Shown here piece after piece: positions 1-11,509 of a stretch of DNA of 64,000 nucleotides (position 1 is its first letter; each line of letters starts with the position of its first letter). Origin of the DNA: Eledone cirrhosa (taxonomy: Eukaryota); NCBI GenBank assembly GCA_964016885.1, contig OZ024740.1:433938001-434002000 (forward strand), in the 5' to 3' direction. The notes beneath the pieces are model-generated. The model searched no databases. It was not told the origin of the DNA and worked only from the letters and a program-made list of their open reading frames with translations. Position numbers and translations under genes: made by a program.

Positions 1-685
1 ATAACAGTCGAACCTCTTCTCAAATCAATGGAGGACACATTGAATAATGTAGTCCGGGATACACTATATTACTGTATACGGACGGGATGGTCATGGTTAG
101 AATAACTCTGATCATAGGTTGACTGGATCTGGTGCGACTTAGGGCGGAATATCAACAATTTACATTGAGAAAGGAGTAGAAAAGTGAAGAGGGCCTAGTT
201 ATATACCTCTCCCTTTTATTTGATATATGTGTCTTTACATGGTGACAGGGTGAACCAAGATACAGTCCGGCCTGACCAACCCAACCTCTTCTCGGCTTAA
301 GACAAACTTTAATTAAGCGATATCTTTGTATTGTAATATGTTATGTCAGGTGATGTAGAAGTCAAAGACTTTCTTTCCAACGAAAAACAGGACATAACGA
401 TGTGTATTACACCTCAGTGCCGGCTTGACCATTCTATTTTGTCAAGATATTGGCTAAAACATTACATTCCTTTCTTGTATTGTCTCAGTAAAATACTTAT
501 AACTTCCTGTTCAAACTTTTGAAAGAACTAGAGCAATATAAACACCCCATTTCTTTCATTTTACTAAATGTTGGGATAGCTACATACTTTTTTTTAAAAC
601 TCTAGTTTTACTTTATTCAACAAACAGATACATAACTTTTACAGATAAAAAGAAATATAATAGTAACATTAGGAATAAAATGATA

Positions 686-968
686 GAGAAATATGATAAT
701 TGTTTCTACTTTTGGCACAAGCCCAGCAATTACCTAGTACATTACTGGTATTTTATATAGAAATATAATAATTGTTTCTACTTTTGGCACAAGCCCAGCA
801 ATTACCTAGTACATTACTGGTATTTTATATAGAAATATAATAGTTGTTTCTACTTTTGGCACAAGCCCAGCAATTACCTAGTACATTACTGGTATTTTAT
901 ATAGAAATATAATAATTGTTTCTACTTTTGGCACAAGCCCAGCAATTATCACAGTGCATTACTGGTAC
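686..968 (-). repeat. 72-bp tandem repeat (4 copies) made of the 3' end of the adjacent SINE plus flank
   Basis: TGTTTCTACTTTTGGCACAAG recurs at 701, 773, 845 and 917 (period 72); the last copy runs into the SINE body. Confidence 0.9.
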
Positions 969-1080
969 TTTATTTTATCGACCCCGTAAGGATGAAAGGT
1001 AAAGTTAACCTCGGCGGGATTTGAACTCAGATCGTAAAAGGGCCGTAACTCTATGCTGCAAAGCATGGCGTCCGACCCTC
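910..1080 (-). mobile_element. tRNA-derived SINE (Meta-domain-like family)
   Basis: Reverse strand has the B-box GTTCAAATCC followed by CCTTTCATCCTTACGGGGTCGATAAAATAAAGTACCAG, shared by about 10 other copies in the window. Confidence 0.9.
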
Positions 1081-1092
1081 CTCGGCGGGATT

Positions 1093-1325
1093 ATAATAAT
1101 ACAATGTTTACAGACGAGAGCACAAACGAATAAAATATAAAGGAAGGGGTGGACAGCCGAGTGACTACCAGAGCAAAAGACAGCAGTATCGTGAGGAGCA
1201 CTGGGAAACGTCTCTAACGATTGTTGAGACAAGTCAGTATGGTCACAGCGTTACCTCGAGTGATGTCCAGGCTGATACGTTGGAACAACTATACCCCCTC
1301 TCGAGATTCACCAGTTACCCGGTAA
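1093..1325 (-). mobile_element. 3' end of CRE-clade non-LTR retrotransposon (ORF C-terminus, 3' UTR, AT tail)
   Basis: Minus strand reads VTGESREGV*LFQRISLDITRGNAVTILTCLNNR*; the UTR (CTGCTGTCTTTTGCTCTG...CACCCCTTCCTTTA) matches the copy at 8156-8230. Confidence 0.8.
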
Positions 1326-1620
1326 AGGTAATTAGACTCATACCAAGGTAGAGATGATCCTCTTCTGAGTATCGAGCAACACTTGGTATCGATACCTCCC
1401 AGATGGGTATCAATACCAGAAGCAATAGTTAAACTTGAGTGGGTGGTGGTCCACCCCTTCTCGAACCTTGACTTTAAAATGTTGACTGTTTCTTGTTTGA
1501 GGTTGTTCCAGTGGTTGATCGCACGTGCAGAGGTAGTCCTCGGGAGCTTCCGGTTGTGTCGTCGGGTAGTCCTGCTGAGTGCCTCTGCCAGATGGGAAAT
1601 CTCAGATTTTATGAGGTCCC
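1326..1620 (-). mobile_element. CR1/L2-group LINE 3' fragment
   Basis: Minus strand reads TRRHNRKL...SARAINHWNNLKQETVN, resembling the TRGH..KL / R.I..WN.LP C-terminal motifs of CR1-group ORF2. Confidence 0.6.
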
Positions 1621-2801
1621 TAATAATAATTATATAAAACTAGCCGAATTACCCGCGCCTTGCTGTGTTTCACATATTTTTCTTTTTGTAAGAAAATGAT
1701 GATTGATTTTAAATCAGTGATGTAATTTATGGAGAAAAACTCTGCATTTCAATATTACACAATGTAAAATGTAATGCATAAACAATTGGAAAACATTATT
1801 TTTGTAATATATCAAATCAAAATTATATTATTAAATCTGATTCTTATTTTGTTTCTTGTAAATAATTTTTTTCAAAATATCAATTCAAAACTTTTGTGAA
1901 TAGGCATCATATCTTGTCATTTGCCTATGGTTTAAATTTCATATAAATCGAAGGGAAAACATTTTCAGCAGGGGTTTGTGCCTCCGGGGAACCCTAATAG
2001 GGGGTTTATCCCCCAATTGGGTATCTTAATATTATTGAAATTTGCTGAAATTTTGTGAATAGGCATAATATCTTGTCATTTACGTAAGGTTTAAATTTCA
2101 TATAAATCGAAGGGAACAAATTTTCTGCGGGGGTTTTGTGCCCCCGGGGAACCCTTTGATTAAAATGAAATATACTTATCCAAGTACCCTGGGCAATGTA
2201 GTTTCAGAATATATATGGTTATGGGGGTCTATTTCCCAAACCATAGGAGGAGTTCGTGAAATCTTGTTCCATTTATTGGCCAAAATGTTCACTATAGGGG
2301 TTTAACCCTATATATAACTATTGGATACCAGAGCTAATTATTTTATAAAATGTCGTTTATCCCGTAGTCATGAAACGATATAATTTTCCAATGGAAGGTG
2401 ATTATGCCGTGTTCATGCCTTCTCAGTGGTTTTAACGACTTGATTGAAAAAATCGCTTCTCCCGATTCTCAATTAAGGGTCTCATGACATTTAAGTAAGC
2501 AGCAATATAGCATTATTGTATTTCTAAGACTGGCTTATACTATTACAAAAAAATGCAATCTGAGGAAGTAATGGTGAACAATTTTTATTCTCTTCATCCA
2601 CAAAAAAGAAAAGATAGACTCCCGAGGAAAATATTGTTGGTCTGTGTCAGAAAATTAAACAAAAGGAAATGACCCCCTTCAAAACCAGAACATCTCTTAT
2701 TTTACGACTGTTCATGAGTTTTGACAGGTTCGTGTACCGAAGAAAGTATGGGAATCTAACATGGCATCTCGCCTGAGAGAATAGACAAAGATGCCTGTGA
2801 G

Positions 2802-3089
2802 CAGGGCCCGAATTAGACCTTGGAAGACCCGGGGCATTTCATTTTCATCATACACAAAACATTAGAATACACAGCAACCCCCCCAATTGTACATATCAAA
2901 GTTGGTTTGGCACAAGTAATTGGAATTGAAAAGTTATACATACAGGTATTAAATTAAAACATTCTAACCATCCTGAAACTAAAAAGTCCAGCTGAGGGTA
3001 CAAATAAATTATGGCTGTCGGTGGTAGGAGCCCTTGCTGCAGGGGCCCGGGTCAATTGCCCCCCTTTGCTCCCTATTAATCCGGCCTTG
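2802..3089 (-). mobile_element. hAT-type MITE, 288 bp
   Basis: TIRs CAGGGCCCGAATT / AATCCGGCCTTG; 8-bp TSD CCTGTGAG (2794-2801) vs CTTGTGAG (3090-3097); related copies at 7660 and 24818. Confidence 0.85.
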
Positions 3090-3775
3090 CTTGTGAGGGT
3101 GCTTGATTGTTTCAGCACCTTAGTCTCGCCATCACCCGTGATAATGCTGCTAGTGTGTTGGCTTGCCTCATAAATTTCCGTTGACCCTTGGAGGTGAATT
3201 AATAGTCTCTCCCCCATCTTTCTCTCGCTCTGGTCATGTGTTTTGATCTATCTCTTCTTTCTCTATGTAACATTCTTTGTCTGTCTTTTCCTTATGCATG
3301 CTCAAACGGCTCGACCAAATCAAATCAAATTTCACAAGTATCAGTTGAATGTTTAACAATATGGCGTTAGCTTTTATAAAGTCGTTTTGCACCAATCTTT
3401 GATTTTACAGAACAGAAAAACTTGATACGATATGAAATTAATCTATGGTGTATATCAATTTAGCTTTTTGAGGATAGAGCCATGTTATTATTGACCTAAT
3501 TTAGATGACAGAGTATCAGCTTATTATCTAAAGCTGCTATTTGCATTTATTTCTATTTTTTTTATATATTGCTTTGTATTGTTTGTTTTTTCACAATATT
3601 TTCCAAGAAAATTAATTTTATCATGTCACCGAAACACCGTTCATCTATCGGGGGAGTTACAATGTCCGCCAAACGGTTGAAATCTTCAAGCGAAAGAGAA
3701 ACTCACGAACAATAGGAAAAAAAAAAAAAGACTTGTGAATAAAGGGACAAGTCAACATTGTGTCAACATTTCTTT

Positions 3776-4195
3776 GGCATACGTCAAAATGGCCAGTCTC
3801 AAAAGTGAAACTAATTTTTGACAGTTACGTACGTCATTATTTTCAATTTGGATTGTGAATACGTGATATTTTTTTACACACATCCACAAACTTATAGATG
3901 TATATACACATGTACAACATATATATGTGTGTATATGTACACATATACACACATATATATATACAAACACACATATATATACAAACACACATATATATAT
4001 ATACATACACACACATATATATACACACCCGCACATATATATATATTAAGAAATCCATACAATTTGGTGTGTCTGCATTATAGTCATCTCGAAGTTTATA
4101 CAGGACTATATATACACATATCTATTCAGATGAGTGAGTGTACGTAATTGTCAAAATTTAGTTTCGCTTTTCAGACCGGCCGTTTTGACGCGTAC
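3776..4195. repeat. ~55-bp imperfect inverted repeats flanking an AC/AT microsatellite (MITE-like)
   Basis: ACGTCAAAATGGCCAGTCTCAAAAGTGAAACTAATTTTTGACAGTTACGTAC (3781-3832) pairs with 4140-4191. Confidence 0.75.
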
Positions 4196-4285
4196 CCATT
4201 TCTTTTTTATCTATCTTTTTATAAATATTGTATGCAATTTTTTTATATTTTGTAAAAATTGTTAACAATTTGTAAATGTTATTTA

Positions 4286-4394
4286 TCCCGCCGAGGTTGA
4301 CTTTGGCCTTTCATCCTTACGGGGTCGATAAAATAAAGTACCAGTAATGCACTGGGTAATTGCTGGCCTTGTGCCTAAAGTAGAAACAGTTATT
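4286..4394 (+). mobile_element. 5'-truncated Meta-type SINE
   Basis: ATCCCGCCGAGGTTGACTTTGGCCTTTCATCCTTACGGGGTCGATAAA...GTAGAAACAGTT. Confidence 0.85.
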
Positions 4395-4532
4395 TATACA
4401 AGTGTCAATAAAAAGTATACATATAGTTTAAGCAGTTGTGCATGAAGTATGGTCTCTTTTTACTTTCCTTTATCATTTTTGTTCAATGAATTTATTATAT
4501 TTTTATACACGGTTTAGACATTATATTTATAA

Positions 4533-4698
4533 TGGATTTGCAGTATCGGTAGAGGGTCGGACGTCATGCTTTGACGCATAGAGTTACGGCCCTTGCCATT
4601 CTGAGTTCAGATCCCGCCGAGGTTAACTTTGCCTTTCATCCTTACGGGGTCGATAAAATAAAGTACCAGTAATGTACTAGGTAATTGCTGGCCTTGTA
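4533..4698 (+). mobile_element. Meta-type SINE
   Basis: A-box-like TTGCAGTATCGG, B-box GTTCAGATCC, conserved core. Confidence 0.9.
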
Positions 4699-5018
4699 TA
4701 TATACATATATATACACACACACACATAGCGCCATAATGTCGTAATGTAGACAGCCAGACATACAGACAGATATTATAAGGGCGCAACGTTATATCTATG
4801 TATCTATCTAAAAAGAAAGACTAAGAATTATAGAGAGATATCGATAAATCGCCTAATGCGGTCCCTAGGGCAATGAAAATTTGAAATATTTTTTGCTCAA
4901 AACACTCACAGGACCATAAGTATTACATGTGTAAAGTTTGAAAACAATCGGTTGGGTGGTTCTCAAGTTTTAGGGAGTCACACAGACAGACAGACATTCT
5001 CTGTTTTAGGTATATAGA

Positions 5019-7330
5019 CGTCAACAGGGGGAGAAGAAGAAGGGACGTCTACTGGGCTAAGTCCCAGCCGGTCCCACGTCTTACAGGTGGCCTCACGTTC
5101 GCTGAACACAGAGGGTTCTATTGTGTTTTGAAGAACCCTGCTGACGAGGATGTGGCAGACGAAAGATACGCCGGCAAGGCCAGCGAGATCGGGGACCAGA
5201 GGCCAAGGCCGCCATACCTGACAGGTAAAGTTGCCTGTTGCCATCCAATGTCGTCAAACCTGACGTTGCATATCTCCTCGGCTGCCACTTAGATACAAGT
5301 ATCGAGGTCAGCGAGGAGAGATGTGTGGGTATAGCATGGAGCGCTGCGAAGGGTATAGAGGAGCTTCGGCATGGCGAAGCAGTTCCTCAACAGAAAGAGA
5401 GCTGGGTGGCCATTGATCAAGCCCAGTCGGCTCGTGAGAGTCTGGAGTTGTTGAAGTCTGGACCTGGTGGAACGGATGGCCGGCGGCTGGATCGATGACC
5501 CGAGCATGGGGACATCCTCTTTGAGGGTCACTTGTACCTGGAGGAGAATGGACCGCACGTCTGAGACGGAGGCTGCAAAGCTCTCAGCATCGTGGCTGAC
5601 ATTCACCACCTCCGACTTTGCCGAGTTGACCTGGAAACTGATTCCCGCCAGAGCAGGAACCACCGATTGTAGGTCATGGCAGACAGTCTGTACGGGCCCG
5701 CCCAACATAGCATCATCCAGATACCAAACGTTGAGAGGGGGCGTGATACTCCGGGTGATGTGGTCTATACCAAGGGCCAATAAGAGGGGTCCCAAAGGGT
5801 TGCCCTGTTGGACCCCAGTAGCCGAAGGTATGACAGTATCAGCAGCAAGGAGCATGCTCGGGGCTCCATATGACAGGTAGGCCAGCGGGTAGACGGAGGG
5901 GGCTCAGCTGAGGCAGGCATCGAGCAGATGGTCCCGGCGCAAGAAGTTGAAGGCATTCCTCATGTCAAGCTTGACAATGAGGGGCCTGGAGTCCCTGGAT
6001 GCTGGTTCTGGTGGGCAGCTGTTGAAGAACTGCCTGGTTGCATGTGCGGGCCCCTCACAACCACCGGACACGCCGACACCCAGTTGCACCGGACTGAACT
6101 CCTCACCCAGTTTGGGTGTTATGGACCTGCAGACCACCTTGGCAGCCAGCCTCCGGAAGACATTGCCCACAGTGATGGGGCGTATGCCACCCTCTTTCTT
6201 CCTGAGAGTGGTCAGGCTAGCCGAAAAAAGAGGCCTCGGGCGTGAGGGTCCAGGGTGCCATGGATGAGCTTATTGGTGAGCCCCACAATTGCACTCAGAA
6301 GGCGCCCGGCCTCCTTGAGGTGGCCTGGTCGGAGACCATCAGCACCTCCGCTGCTGCTAGCTGGGAAGGACTTGCAGCGTGGGGATGTCTGCATCGGAAG
6401 CCACAAGGAGCAAGTTGGAGTTGGGTGGGGGTATGGGTCTGAGATCAGCGGGTGGCTCAGGGTGTTTGAGTCGTAGGGTAGCCAGGACCTCCTCGGTGGG
6501 TTGGAGGGCAGCATCCTCTGAGGCAACCATTCTGACTGCGGTCGAGACATCACCCATGATTAATTTAGCATTTACATGGTCATGCAAACGCTTGGCACTG
6601 GCCTCAGGGGTGGAGGATTGGGGTACCCAAGGGTGGGGTGTGTGGCGTCCCTAGGCAAGCTTGGAATGGGCGCTTGCCCAAAGGACGAAACATTGGCCTT
6701 GATGAAGGCTGCTGTCAACCGGCCGCCCCGGTCAGCACCAGGGCTGGGGAGGCCGAGGGCGAGTGGGGTGAAATAAAAGAGTCGCTCCCAGTTGATGGCT
6801 CGATTGGAGTCTAGGGCGCTCTCAATCGAGGAAGCGAGGGCATCGGCTACCGGCACCTGGGTCGCTTTCATGATCCTGAGTGGGATCTTCAGGAGCCGCC
6901 TGAGCCAAGCGATGTTGACCAGCGACGCCTGGGTGTCAGGCAAGGTCGCTGTCTCATCTGGTGGTGTGCCAGACGGCCGTGGCTGGGCAGACGAGAGGAA
7001 GAAGCAGTTCTTGCATCTCCACACTGCAAGGCCACTGGAAGCTTGATGCGTGAAGCCAACACAGGTGGGGTGGTGGAAGCAGCTGCACCACGAACAGTTC
7101 CGGCCCCTATTCCATCTGTTAGTGGTGCTGCAAGTGCTGTAGGTGTCGGCTTTGGGGAATGGGGACTGGGACACCGAGCGGCATCAGGGGTGAGTGGCTG
7201 GCGTGTGTGAGTGGAAGTGAAAGTGCTGGTAAGAGGGCCTCATAGCTCACCTACATCAGATATAGAGGCGTCAGAAGACAAGAGAAAAAAGAAGGCGGTG
7301 CATGGAGGTGGACACACAATGTTAGAATGT
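5019..7330 (-). pseudogene. Decayed CRE-clade non-LTR retrotransposon ORF (N-terminal PHD-like finger + reverse transcriptase), 3' part missing
   Basis: Frameshifted pieces: SSGGADGLRPGHLKE, GNVFRRLAAK, QLGVGVSGGCE, KLDMRNAFN, GVQQGNPLGPLL, WYLDD, LPVRYGGLGL, all typical of CRE-type RT; Cys/His cluster at about 7005-7145. Confidence 0.85.
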
Positions 7331-7475
7331 TAGCAAATGAATGAGTGAATGGATAAATGTACAAAAAAAAAAGGTGAGGAGAAGAGCCAGTAGATATAGC
7401 TAATATATTTACACTTGTGTTGCCATATAACTAGAGTTTAGTGAACACCAGCATGTGTATGGGTAGGGATAGTAA

Positions 7476-7565
7476 TAATCCCAGTACATTACTGGTACTT
7501 TATTTTATCGACCCCGTAAGGATGAAAGGCAAAGTTAACCTCGACGGGATTTGAACTCAGACCAT
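7476..7565 (-). mobile_element. Meta-type SINE fragment
   Basis: CTGGTACTTTATTTTATCGACCCCGTAAGGATGAAAGGC...GGGATTTGAAC. Confidence 0.85.
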
Positions 7566-7659
7566 AACCCCGGGTAGGGGTAGTAATATGGGTGTAAAGG
7601 TACTCTCGAGTCTCGAACAAACGTCCCCCCCCTCCCACACACACACACTTAACTTTTTA

Positions 7660-8350
7660 TTTAATGGTAGGAAAAGGGGGGCAATTGCCCTGGCCCCCTG
7701 CTGTGGGAGGTCCCACCAGCGACGGCCGTAACAATTAATTTGTGCCCTCAGCTCGGATTTTTACTTTTAGGATGGTTAGAATTTTTGAATTTAATACCTG
7801 TATGTATAACTTTCCAATTGTAATTACTGGCGGAAGATGTGGCTCTCATCCTAACCGCAGCATCCAGGATGTGGGGAAAAGCAAAAGAGTCACTAACAGT
7901 GACGTCCCAGACAAGGCACTGAGTAAGACCCTCAAATACTGTGATCTGTCGACCAGCTACATTTTTCAGCCTGTGGCTTTCGAGACGTTTGGGGGAGTCT
8001 GGCCCCTGACTGCGAGGTTCCTCTCTTCACTGGCGGCTCGCCTAATAGAGGTAACTGGCGAATCTCGCGAGGGCGCTTGGTTGTTCCAGCACCTCAGCCT
8101 CGCCATCACCAGAAGTAACACTGAAAGTGTGCTGGCTTTCCTCAAAACTCATTAGAGAGGTTGCCCAGTACCCCTCGCTGCTGTCTTTTGCTCTGATGGT
8201 GCCTCCGTTGTTCACCCCTTCCTTTACATTTTCTCTAATATTGCAACATTAAAGGAATATATCTTTCTATATATATTCTATTTTTTGTGTGTATGAGGGG
8301 CTCTCCAAACCTGAAGTGTCCCAGGCCCCCCAAGGTCTAAATACAACTCT
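7660..8350 (+). mobile_element. hAT-type MITE (same family as 2802-3089) split by a CRE fragment
   Basis: 7660-7828 matches the reverse complement of 2916-3080; 8312-8350 matches the reverse complement of 2802-2840. Confidence 0.75.
7829..8250 (+). mobile_element. CRE-clade 3' fragment (restriction-like endonuclease region + 3' UTR) with inverted 5' segment
   Basis: Plus strand 7919-8155 reads LSKTLKYCDL...FQPVAFETFGG...LFQHLSLAITRSN; minus strand 7918-7829 reads CLVWDVTVSDSFAFPHILDAAVRMRATSSA. Confidence 0.85.
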
Positions 8351-9024
8351 GAGTTGACGGCCTGTCTAATCCAAGAGTAGACTTCCATTCCTGACTAGCT
8401 ATTACAGAGAAAATAATTTGTGTCACACTTAATTTCCTCCCAGATATAAGAAATGACTATATTGTAGAGCTGTAAAATGTCCCCCTAGTTCCAACAAGCG
8501 AGTTTCAAATCCCAACCAGATATTCTCGGGTTTTGAATAATTGCCCCCACCCCCTTACCCCATCTACCCCCTATTAGTTTTCCAGCTCCTCTCCACCACT
8601 TATTAAAGTTTGCTAGCCTATCTCCGACGAAATTTTATTTTAAGTGGTAACATTCTTATGACAGCCTTTTTTTATACATTAAAAAACATTATACATAACA
8701 AAAAAGTACATTACTAGAAATCCCATATGTTATAAAATAGGAAGGGTTGGGGTCTCAATATGTAAACTGAATGACTAATCTGGTTTTTAAAAAATCAACG
8801 GAGACAACCTAGAAACATTACTGCCCAGGCGCTTATTTCACTCACGGAATATTTTATTTTGTTTCCTTCTCCTGCCCGCCTCTCCTCTTTTCTTTTTAAT
8901 TATTAGATATCAAATTGTACTAACAGCAGCCATATAAAGTTTGAGAACCTAACTACATATCTTTGGCCTATGACCCCACCACATAGTTTACTCTGCCCTA
9001 CTGTAATTCCTGATAGCTGTTTAT

Positions 9025-11346
9025 CTGATCTATGTCACCTCACAAACTCACCTCCTGTCATTGAGTTCACCTCTATGTCTACAATAAGCATGGAATAAAC
9101 TACCTACATCAGTTGTTAGCTGTCGAGACACTGAATCCTTTAAAACCTCCATGGAACAAACTACCTGCATCAGTTGTTAGCTGTCGAGACACTGCATCCT
9201 TTAAAACCTCCATGGAACAAACTACCTGCATCAGTTGTTAGCTGTCGAGACACTGCATCCTTTAAAACCTCCATGGAACAAACTACCTGCATCAGTTGTT
9301 AGCTGTCGAGACACTGCATCATTTAAAACCTCCATGGAACAAACTACCTGCATCAGTTGTTAGCTGTCGAGACACTGCATCCTTTAAAACCTCCATGGAA
9401 CAAACTACCTACACCAGTTGTTAGCTGTCGAGACACTGCATCCTTTAAAACCTCCATGGAACAAACTACCTGCATCAGTTGTTAGCTGTCGAGACACTGC
9501 ATCATTTAAAACCTCCATGGGACAAACTACCTGCATCAGTTGTTAGCTGTCAAGACACTGCACCATTTAAAACCTCCATGGAACAAACTACCTGCATCAG
9601 TTGTTAGCTGTCGAGACACTGCATCCTTTAAAACCTCCATGGAACAAACTACCTGCATCAGTTGTTAGCTGTCGAGACACTGCATCATTTAAAACCTCCA
9701 TGGAACAAACTACCTGCATCAGTTATTAGCTGTCGAGACACTGCATCCTTTAAAACCTCCATGGAACAAACTACCTACACCAGTTGTTAGCTGTCGAGAC
9801 ACTGCATCCTTTAAAACCTCCATGGAACAAACTACCTACATCAGTTGTTAGCTGTCGAGACACTGCATCCTTTAAAACCTCCATGGGACAAACTACCTGC
9901 ATCAGTTGTTAGCTGTCGAGACACTGCATCCTTTAAAACCTCCATGGAACAAACTACCTGCATCAGTTGTTAGCTGTCGAGACACTGCATCCTTTAAAAC
10001 CTCCATGGAACAAACTACCTGCATCAGTTGTTAGCTGTCGAGACACTGCAACCTTTAAAACCTCCATGGAACAAACTACCTGCATCAGTTGTTAGCTGTC
10101 GAGACACTGCATCATTTAAAACCACCATGGAAAAAACTACCTGCATCAGTTGTTAGCTGTCGAGACACTGCATCATTTAAAACCTCCATGGAACAAACTA
10201 CCTGCATCAGTTGTTAGCTGTCGAGACACTGCATCCTTTAAAACCTCCATGGAACAAACTACCTGCACCAGTTGTTAGCTGTCGAGACACTGCATCCTTT
10301 AAAACCTCCATGGAACAAACTACCTGCATCAGTTGTTAGCTGTCGAGACATTGCATCATTTAAAACCTCCATGGGACAAACTACCTGCATCAGTTGTTAG
10401 CTGTCAAGACACTGCACCATTTAAAACCTCCATGGAACAAACTACCTGCATCAGTTGTTAGCTGTCGAGACACTGCATCATTTAAAACCTCCATGGAACA
10501 AACTACCTGCATCAGTTGTTAGCTGTCGAGACACTGCATTATTTAAAACCTCCATGGAACAAACTACCTGCATCAGTTGTTAGCTGTCGAGACACTGCAT
10601 CATTTAAAACCTCCATGGAACAAACTACCTGCATCAGTTGTTAGCTGTCGAGACACTGCATCATTTAAAACCTCCATGGGACAAACTACCTACATCAGTT
10701 GTTAGCTGTCGAGACACTGCATCCTTTAAAACCTCCATGGGACAAACTACCTGCATCAGTTGTTAGCTGTCGAGACACTGCATCCTTTAAAACCTCCATG
10801 GAACAAACTACCTGCATCAGTTGTTAGCTGTCGAGACACTGCATCCTTTAAAACCTCCATGGAACAAACTACCTGCATCAGTTGTTAGCTGTCGAGACAC
10901 TGCAACCTTTAAAACCTCCATGGAACAAACTACCTACACCAGTTGTTAGCTGTCGAGACACTGCATCCTTTAAAACCTCCATGGAACAAACTACCTGCAT
11001 CAGTTGTTAGCTGTCGAGACACTGCATCCTTTAAAACCTCCATGGAACAAACTACCTGCATCAGTTGTTAGCTGTCGAGACACTGCATCCTTTAAAACCT
11101 CCATGGAACAAACTACCTGCATCAGTTGTTAGCTGTCGAGACACTGCATTATTTAAAACCTCCATGCTTTCTGAGATTCGCCAACACTACACCTAATATT
11201 CCCCCTCCATACACATGCACACATGTATATCATGACTATACACTATTCACTTTCCTGACATTTGTATATTATTCTATGTACTATACATGCACCTTTGATG
11301 AGTTGTAGTGCACCTGAGCACTGTACACAATAATTTCATTCATTAT
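9025..11346 (+). mobile_element. CR1/L2-group LINE 3' end hosting the 61-bp array
   Basis: One unit plus flanks translates as AWNKLPASVVSCRDTASFKTSMLSEIRQHYT*, followed by a UTR and a CATT-type tail. Confidence 0.7.
9089..11166 (+). repeat. 61-bp minisatellite, 34 units
   Basis: CATGGAACAAACTACCTGCATCAGTTGTTAGCTGTCGAGACACTGCATCCTTTAAAACCTC at 9089, 9150, 9211 and onward to 11163. Confidence 0.97.
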
Positions 11347-11509
11347 AAACCAATATAATAAATCATGGGTGATGGGTGTGTCAATTTGAAATATATATAT
11401 TTTTTCTAGATTTATCTACAATATTTAGAATGTAGTGAGGGTGTCTTGGTGTGGACAGTTTCCTCTTATCTATTTTGTCAGCAAAGGCAACCTAAAAATA
11501 AAAATAGTG

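Larger units (their letters stand above)
1639..5018 (+). mobile_element. Putative non-autonomous Helentron/Helitron-like element(s) with nested insertions
   Basis: Starts ACTAGCCGAATTACCCGCGC, has an internal ~105-bp duplication (1892 and 2051), and ends with ACAGACAGACAGACA...TATATAGAC, a layout typical of HINE/DINE-like elements; the two ends may belong to different copies. Confidence 0.35.

Noticed and set aside
5238-7046. Plus-strand ORFs over the CRE element (and antisense ORFs over the Tx1 and RTE elements)
   Set aside because: Antisense shadows of retroelement coding sequence
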